From Escherichia coli (GTDB lineage: Bacteria > Pseudomonadota > Gammaproteobacteria > Enterobacterales > Enterobacteriaceae), in the NCBI RefSeq assembly GCF_050920415.1, contig NZ_CP169309.1: a DNA stretch of 64,000 bases, one strand, 5' to 3'. Position numbers and translations under genes: made by a program. Shown here piece by piece: positions 59,162-64,000 of the stretch. Each line of letters opens with the position of its first letter. The stretch's first letter is position 1. The notes under the pieces were generated by a model, which was not told the DNA's origin, made no database searches, and worked only from the letters and a program-made list of their open reading frames with translations.

Positions 59162-59410
59162 ATGGCGAGGCGAAAACATAGCGATTATATGTACACGCTG
59201 AAGCAGGCCGCCCGCCTTATCGGTTATCATGAACACGAATTTATTGATTTGCTGATTGAGCGCGGGATTTTATACCAGGTCTGTTTAACGCTGTACCCGA
59301 AAGCGAAATACTTGCAGGAAAAGTTATTCATCATCATGACGGATGAAAACCAGGTTAATCACTCATTCGTCACTGCCAAAGGCGTTAATTATCTGCGCGA
59401 TAACTTATAG
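59162..59410 (+). CDS. moron ORF C4 (82 aa), putative HTH-containing protein
   Basis: ATG preceded by AAGGCGG; segment TLKQAARLIGYHEHEFIDLLIERGIL resembles a helix-turn-helix. Confidence 0.5.
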   Translation: MARRKHSDYMYTLKQAARLIGYHEHEFIDLLIERGILYQVCLTLYPKAKYLQEKLFIIMTDENQVNHSFVTAKGVNYLRDNL

Positions 59411-59420
59411 GTGACAGATT

Positions 59421-59537
59421 ATGAAAATAGAAGTTTTGGCGCTAATAGTAATGGGATTGATAGTATTTGGTGTTCATGCTGTAGATCTGGACTGGAAAAC
59501 GATAGCAGAAAATATAGCGTTAATGGAAATGGAATAA
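59421..59537 (+). CDS. moron ORF C5 (38 aa), small hydrophobic membrane peptide
   Basis: ATG preceded by AGGTGA; single predicted TM helix (LALIVMGLIVFGV); followed directly by a terminator. Confidence 0.4.
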   Translation: MKIEVLALIVMGLIVFGVHAVDLDWKTIAENIALMEME

Positions 59538-59541
59538 TAAT

Positions 59542-59560
59542 AACCCCGCTTCGCGCGGGG
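59542..59560. terminator. intrinsic terminator closing moron cassette C (possibly bidirectional)
   Basis: CCCCGC-ttcg-GCGGGG hairpin followed by TCGTGTTTAT. Confidence 0.65.
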
Positions 59561-59566
59561 TCGTGT

Positions 59567-59752
59567 TTATACGCCATCAAGTAAAAATAAAACTTCCTTG
59601 CCTTCTCTTGATCTGCATCCTACATAACCGTCACCCATGTCATGAAGATACCAGGTCTCACCATTATCAGCTTTTACAGTAAGATCGTTGATTTCATAGT
59701 CGTCAAACAATGTAAAAGCGCCCGTGCGGTCCACTACACAAATAGCATACAT
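59567..59752 (-). CDS. small phage protein (61 aa) between M and L, unknown function
   Basis: ORF starting MYAICVVDRTG with SD GGAGG; start lies 14 nt 3' of the M stop on the same strand. Confidence 0.45.
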   Translation of the reverse strand: MYAICVVDRTGAFTLFDDYEINDLTVKADNGETWYLHDMGDGYVGCRSREGKEVLFLLDGV

Positions 59753-59765
59753 ATTGACACCTCCA

Positions 59766-60119
59766 TTAATTGACAACTTGCTCAAAAGTTGCGTTTAGCG
59801 TGTACAAAGACCCGTCTTTAGTCATGCTCCATCGGCGGCAAACAAAAAGCCTTTGCACGTTATCCATCGACGGCGACCAGTAAAAAGCCTCGACCGCGCC
59901 GCGCGCCCTCAAGAATGCTTCCGCCTGGATTGCTACGTTTTCACCATCACCACATCCGGCGCTACTGCCTTTAAATACCAGGGTGTAGCTATCAAGCAAT
60001 GGATTGATACCTTTTACCTGTCTTTGCTCATAACCATCGCCCAGCTTAACAACGGATACGTCCGGCTCCCTGGTCACGCTGTAGCTTCGTTGTGGCGTCC
60101 ATCTGAACACTTCCGGCAT
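59766..60119 (-). CDS. phage minor tail protein M
   Basis: 117 aa; similarity to lambda M including FRW near the N-terminus, GDGY.QR, and identical C-terminal FEQVVN. Confidence 0.88.
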   Translation of the reverse strand: MPEVFRWTPQRSYSVTREPDVSVVKLGDGYEQRQVKGINPLLDSYTLVFKGSSAGCGDGENVAIQAEAFLRARGAVEAFYWSPSMDNVQRLFVCRRWSMTKDGSLYTLNATFEQVVN

Positions 60120-60308
60120 AAAACCCCCATAAGTTACATTTTGTATATATCTTTACGCGCTTCTACGCGAAAAATAAGATCTTCATCACAATGATTATAG
60201 CTAGTTTACAAAATGGCTTCACATAGCACACAACAAGATGTATATAAAAAGCAAGAAGAAAAGCAGTACCAACGAAGGAGGCCCAAAAATGAAACGCTAT
60301 GAGTAGTA

Positions 60309-60443
60309 ATGCTAAACAACGCATTCGAACAAGTGGAAATAGCAATCGTTAAGGGTTTCGACGACGCATTTAAATACGGTCAATTCATGATTAATGCAAA
60401 AGAAGATGAATACCGTGATTTCTTCCTGAAGGCTCTTAATTAA
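60309..60443 (+). CDS. moron ORF B1 (44 aa), unknown function
   Basis: ATG 2 nt after the stop of a 5-codon mini-ORF (MKRYE) that has an AGGAGG SD, suggesting translational coupling. Confidence 0.35.
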   Translation: MLNNAFEQVEIAIVKGFDDAFKYGQFMINAKEDEYRDFFLKALN

Positions 60444-60462
60444 GAATAATCGGGGGTGAGCT

Positions 60463-60717
60463 ATGAAACTGGTAGCGATTGACAAAAACCTGAAAGTACA
60501 GAAAAACGCACAGGACCGGATTATCAAGAAAGGTAAGGAACTGCTTAAAGCATTTTTGAAGAAAGAGGCGCGCCCCAAAAAGTTACGCGATGGTTATGGC
60601 TTTAAATTCGATATCAATCATGACTGGCGGCTGTTCAGCGAAGACCTCAAAGTCTGGTTAATAATCGATCACCTGGAATATAACAGGCACTGCGGGGTTA
60701 AAGGGGCGCATAAGTGA
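60463..60717 (+). CDS. moron ORF B2 (84 aa), candidate RelE/ParE-superfamily (HigB/Gp49-like) toxin
   Basis: ATG with SD GGGGGTGAG; basic N-terminal helices and C-terminal RDGYGFKFDINHDWRLFSEDLKVWLIIDHLEY pattern resembling the RelE/HigB beta-sheet core; assignment by pattern recognition only. Confidence 0.5.
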   Translation: MKLVAIDKNLKVQKNAQDRIIKKGKELLKAFLKKEARPKKLRDGYGFKFDINHDWRLFSEDLKVWLIIDHLEYNRHCGVKGAHK

Positions 60718-60725
60718 GGCGGGAT

Positions 60726-60818
60726 ATGGAGGACGATAAATTCACCTGGCGGGAGATCTGGAATATTTGGTTGGTGATGTTTTCTCGCAGCTATATAGCC
60801 AGAAACGGAAGATTGTAA
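60726..60818 (+). CDS. moron ORF B3 (30 aa), unknown function
   Basis: Short ORF with SD (GAGGCGG) abutting B2. Confidence 0.3.
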   Translation: MEDDKFTWREIWNIWLVMFSRSYIARNGRL

Positions 60819-60836
60819 TTTGCGGAGGAAAATAAA

Positions 60837-61013
60837 ATGAAAAACCCGGCAAATAAAAGCAATGTAAAACGTATAGCCTGGATCGTGAAATGGATGGATA
60901 GTAAAGGAGACACATATACTGAACCATTTTTCAAACATACTGATGCAGTATTTGCAAGAAGCGTAAGAGGCGGGAAAATTGAAAGAGGATATACAAGTTT
61001 TGAGAATAACTAA
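60837..61013 (+). CDS. moron ORF B4 (58 aa), unknown function
   Basis: ATG with GGAGG SD; followed by a strong terminator. Confidence 0.45.
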   Translation: MKNPANKSNVKRIAWIVKWMDSKGDTYTEPFFKHTDAVFARSVRGGKIERGYTSFENN

Positions 61014-61020
61014 AATATAA

Positions 61021-61050
61021 CCCCGGCATTGTACCGGGGTTTTGTTTATT
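61021..61050. terminator. intrinsic terminator closing moron cassette B, overlapping the 3' end of the tape-measure gene
   Basis: CCCCGG-cattgta-CCGGGG followed by TTTTGTTTATTT. Confidence 0.8.
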
Positions 61051-63385
61051 TGCGGCGCGGTTGCAATATTCCCCCTGGTCTTTGTGATTCCCTTGTTATC
61101 ATTTTCATTGCCACACGTTCCATTGTTTGTTCAAGTCTGCGGCTATCTTCGTCGCTAAATCCGTTTGTGGTCTGAATGTTAATATTGACAGGCATACTAA
61201 TACCGCCGCCACCAATATCACGACCAGGTATAACCCTGCCATTCTCGCCAGGAATCATGTATTGATTGCCGTTAGACGTCTGGAATAGCTCCGGCCTGTT
61301 GTGTTCCCCTACACGGTACATGTTGCCACCAATGACGCTACCACCATTAAAGCGCCCGCCGCCGAAAATGGATGTTGCCAGTGACATGATCGCAGTAAGC
61401 GCCGCCGAGCCAGCCGCCGCCCAGCTACCGCCAGTTGATGCCGCTGTCGCTGCCGCCGCCGGGGCCGCCGCCGCAGCAATGCTTCCCTGAGCGGCAACCG
61501 CGCTTGCCGTTGTGCTGGCCTGCGTGGCCTTGCTTTGTGTCTCCATCATGATTTGATCTGCTATCCAGTTGGCAGCTATGTCCGAAAGTCTGTTACCGAT
61601 ATTCCCAAGTATATTGCTTCCTAAGTTAGCAAAAACATCACTTAATGATTGAGTGCCGTTTAGCAGGCCAACAAGGGCGTTACTCATACCACCTTTAAGG
61701 CCATTAACGCAATCACCGATCAGGCCGTTAGTATCGCTTTGCGCCTGCCATTGCTCCCATTTTAGATCGCGAATCTGTTGCTCATAGGCCAACAATTCCT
61801 GTTTCTGTTGCGCTTCGGTAGCGCCCAGGTCTATAAGCATTTGCTTACGGACGGCCCATTCATTTTGCGCCTGCTGGATGGGGTCAACTTCGCCTTTTAG
61901 CTGGTCCATCGGGCTAACTATTTGCGACCATTTATCACGCAATTCATCTACCGGAATTTGTGCTAACTCTTCTTTTAGCTCCTTGCCGATTCCCTTTTGA
62001 GCGGCGCGGTATTCAAGGAGTGTAATTTTCCCCTGGGCGAATGCAGCATCAATGGCCTTGCCGTTCTCTAACGCTTTGCGCATGGCGGCTGCGTCTTTGT
62101 TGTACTGGTCAGAAACGCTTATGCCTTTGTCACCAAGCCGATCAGCTTCAGTTTTCTTCTCTTTTTTCTGTTTTTTCGGCTTGTCTACTGGCTTGTCGAA
62201 TCCGGTAATAGTTCCGTCATTGGCGGCATTCTGTTCACTTTTCCTTGCTTCTTCTGTAGCCTGGATTGCAGCGGTCAGATCATCCTGTAATTGCATGACC
62301 TTACCAACGGTCTTACCATATTTCTTCTCATAGTTGCTGTCGTATTCGTCGGTTTGTTCTCCTACCACCTCTTTCATCCATTTGTAGCCGTCCATTAGCG
62401 CTTTGATTGGTGTCACCATTGCGATGATCTTCTCTGCCACCTCACCAGCCTTGATTCCGACATCCTCAAATATATCAATGAATTCGCTGCCAGCCGTCTT
62501 CAGGGTGATAAAGCAGGTTTTAGCGAAATCAGCACCATCACCTAAAGCCTTAACACCTTTCGTGACAAGATCGATACCAGCAACAACCGTATCGGATACA
62601 CCAAAAAGATCGTCCAACTGTTCGACAAGCCCCATAACTTCGACTTTAAGCTCATTCAGGGCCATACCGGATGTGCGCGGCAACTGCGCGAACTTCTCGT
62701 TTGTTTCCTGCGTAGCCGCCTGGATTGCGTTAACCATCCTTTCTGCCGTGATCTTACCGTCCAGCATTTCGGCGCGGAATTGGCCCATAGATAACCCCAT
62801 CTGGCGGGCCATTGTCTGTACGATGGTCGGGGTGTTCTCTAACAGGCTATTGAATTCTTCAGCACGAAGCACGCCGCCGTCGATAGACTGACGGAATTGA
62901 CGCATTGAGTTTGACATCTGCTCCGCAGATGCGCCGCCCAACGCCCCCATTTTCTGAATCGTACCTACCAGGTTAAGCAATTGCCCTTCAGTGGCGGACG
63001 TGTTCTTCAGGGAGATAGCCAGGCCTTGCCACAGATCCCCGGTATCCTTCATGCTTTGGCCTGTTTCTTTTGATATTGCTTTCAGGCCGTCGAAAACCCG
63101 CCCGGCGGACTCCGCATCGCCCGTAAGCATTTTGATTTTTACGCGAAGCATTTTTGCTTGCTCCGCCATATCCATAAATTGGCGCACAGCCTCCGCAGCA
63201 ATTAGCAGATGGATAACCCTGGTTAGTGCTTTGATTGATGTCTTCAGTGTGTTTACCTGGCGATCTGCCTGTTTAGCACCGCGCTCTATACGGTCAAAGG
63301 CCTGGTCTGCCTGTCGTTGTGCTACAAGAAGTTGTCCTGTTTTTGCGTCAACTTCGTAATAAATTGTGCCTACACTGGTAGCCAT
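61046..63385 (-). CDS. phage tail tape-measure protein (lambda H-like)
   Basis: 779 aa, alpha-helical and Ala/Gly-rich, Gly-rich C-terminal segment; located upstream of M. Confidence 0.88.
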   Translation of the reverse strand: MATSVGTIYYEVDAKTGQLLVAQRQADQAFDRIERGAKQADRQVNTLKTSIKALTRVIHLLIAAEAVRQFMDMAEQAKMLRVKIKMLTGDAESAGRVFDGLKAISKETGQSMKDTGDLWQGLAISLKNTSATEGQLLNLVGTIQKMGALGGASAEQMSNSMRQFRQSIDGGVLRAEEFNSLLENTPTIVQTMARQMGLSMGQFRAEMLDGKITAERMVNAIQAATQETNEKFAQLPRTSGMALNELKVEVMGLVEQLDDLFGVSDTVVAGIDLVTKGVKALGDGADFAKTCFITLKTAGSEFIDIFEDVGIKAGEVAEKIIAMVTPIKALMDGYKWMKEVVGEQTDEYDSNYEKKYGKTVGKVMQLQDDLTAAIQATEEARKSEQNAANDGTITGFDKPVDKPKKQKKEKKTEADRLGDKGISVSDQYNKDAAAMRKALENGKAIDAAFAQGKITLLEYRAAQKGIGKELKEELAQIPVDELRDKWSQIVSPMDQLKGEVDPIQQAQNEWAVRKQMLIDLGATEAQQKQELLAYEQQIRDLKWEQWQAQSDTNGLIGDCVNGLKGGMSNALVGLLNGTQSLSDVFANLGSNILGNIGNRLSDIAANWIADQIMMETQSKATQASTTASAVAAQGSIAAAAAPAAAATAASTGGSWAAAGSAALTAIMSLATSIFGGGRFNGGSVIGGNMYRVGEHNRPELFQTSNGNQYMIPGENGRVIPGRDIGGGGISMPVNINIQTTNGFSDEDSRRLEQTMERVAMKMITRESQRPGGILQPRRK

Positions 63386-63536
63386 GATTTAACCTCATGC
63401 AAAATGTGATCTATGCATCTATTTTATACAAAATGTCTTTATTTTAACGATACCGTTTTGTATAGATGATGTAGGGAAAGATAGAAGAGATGCAGGAAGG
63501 ACGGATGTCCCGGAGGAAGTGAAAGAGGATAAGGAA

Positions 63537-63620
63537 ATGAGAAACGTAAACTACCGTCCCAACGAATATGAACGCTATGCGGACCTTATCGAAGAAATGT
63601 TAAAAGCACTTAAAAAATAA
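63537..63620 (+). CDS. moron ORF A1 (27 aa), unknown function
   Basis: Short ORF with purine-rich SD upstream of the secreted-protein gene. Confidence 0.25.
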   Translation: MRNVNYRPNEYERYADLIEEMLKALKK

Positions 63621-63687
63621 ACAATATGCGTGTATAACTAAGTTAAAGGAAGCATTTAGCAAATCAGAATAATTACAGGGGTTGATT

Positions 63688-64000
63688 ATGAAACGGTTAG
63701 CAAAAATGGTACTTGCTGTGATTGCTGCACTGGCATTTAACGCGAACGCTAACGAGGCCATAAACATTAACTGTGAAGAAGTGGCAAACCATGTAGCCGC
63801 ATATCACGACATGATCAAAAAAGAACCAGCCGCACCCACAATTCTTTTTAAGGCAATTGATAAAAATTTTGAAGGGAAACCAGTTTGTGCTCGTTGGTTT
63901 AATTATGGCCTTGTAAACGAGGCTGCTGTAGGCGTAGTCTTTGAAAACAACAGCGAAATAAAAAACAGGATAGCTAACGAGTGTAAAGCAAATAAAGTTG
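63688..64000 (+). CDS. moron ORF A2, secreted Cys-containing protein (partial, runs off window end)
   Basis: ATG at 63688 with SD (AGGGG); cleavable signal peptide MKRLAKMVLAVIAALAFNANA; no stop before position 64000. Confidence 0.55.
   Translation, partial: MKRLAKMVLAVIAALAFNANANEAININCEEVANHVAAYHDMIKKEPAAPTILFKAIDKNFEGKPVCARWFNYGLVNEAAVGVVFENNSEIKNRIANECKANKV

Larger units (their letters stand above)
49270..64000. mobile_element. lambdoid prophage, right (tail) arm; extends beyond window end; left boundary approximate
   Basis: Contiguous lambda-like tail genes (H, M, L, K, I, J, tail fibre) on the minus strand, opposite-strand morons, compositional shift starting at the mppA 5' end. Confidence 0.85.

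Noticed and set aside
58561-59236. Minus-strand ORFs 58561..58797 (78 aa) and 58859..59236 (125 aa) in the L-M intergenic insertion
   Set aside because: They overlap the plus-strand cassette whose five ORFs each have a properly spaced SD, abut one another and end at a terminator; the minus-strand ORFs lack SDs and have low-complexity Phe/Ile-rich translations typical of antisense AT-rich DNA
60212-60301. 29-codon ORF (MASHSTQQDVYKKQ...) starting at the ATG within the TTTACAAAATGG motif
   Set aside because: No SD, and its ATG is part of the recurring motif, where ATGs fall in inconsistent frames at other copies; more likely promoter or operator DNA than a gene
60163-60938. Minus-strand ORFs 60163..60345, 60312..60578, 60669..60938 in the H-M intergenic insertion
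   Set aside because: Antisense to the SD-supported plus-strand cassette; hydrophobic low-complexity translations

Overview
This window is an Escherichia coli chromosomal segment running, in reverse orientation to the K-12 map, from hrpA to mppA (1..~49.3 kb), followed by the right arm of a lambdoid prophage (~49.3..64 kb). The chromosomal part is core genes whose ORF lengths match their K-12 counterparts: hrpA, azoR, ynbDCBA, ydbD, ydbC, ydbA, ydbL/ynbE/ydbH, ldhA, hslJ, ydbJ, ydbK, ompN, uspF, ttcA, dbpA, zntB, dgcM, smrA, abgR, abgABT, ogt, fnr, uspE, ynaJ, ynaI and mppA, plus the sRNAs MicC, FnrS and McaS. Compared with my recollection of K-12, this strain has an intact ydbA autotransporter gene, no paa/fea cluster between ydbL and ydbA, no Rac prophage between ttcA and uspF, and no IS copies. 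The prophage arm carries a lambda-like tail module (tape measure, M, L, K, I, J, two small post-J genes, tail fibre) and appears to join the chromosome inside the 5' end of mppA. The most interesting signal is that this tail module is interrupted at four junctions by opposite-strand small-gene cassettes, each with its own RBS-bearing ORFs and terminator, and each preceded by a recurring TACAAAATG-type motif. One cassette encodes a candidate RelE/HigB-like toxin and another a candidate Cor-like lipoprotein. All calls rest on reading the sequence and recalled family knowledge; no database search was run.
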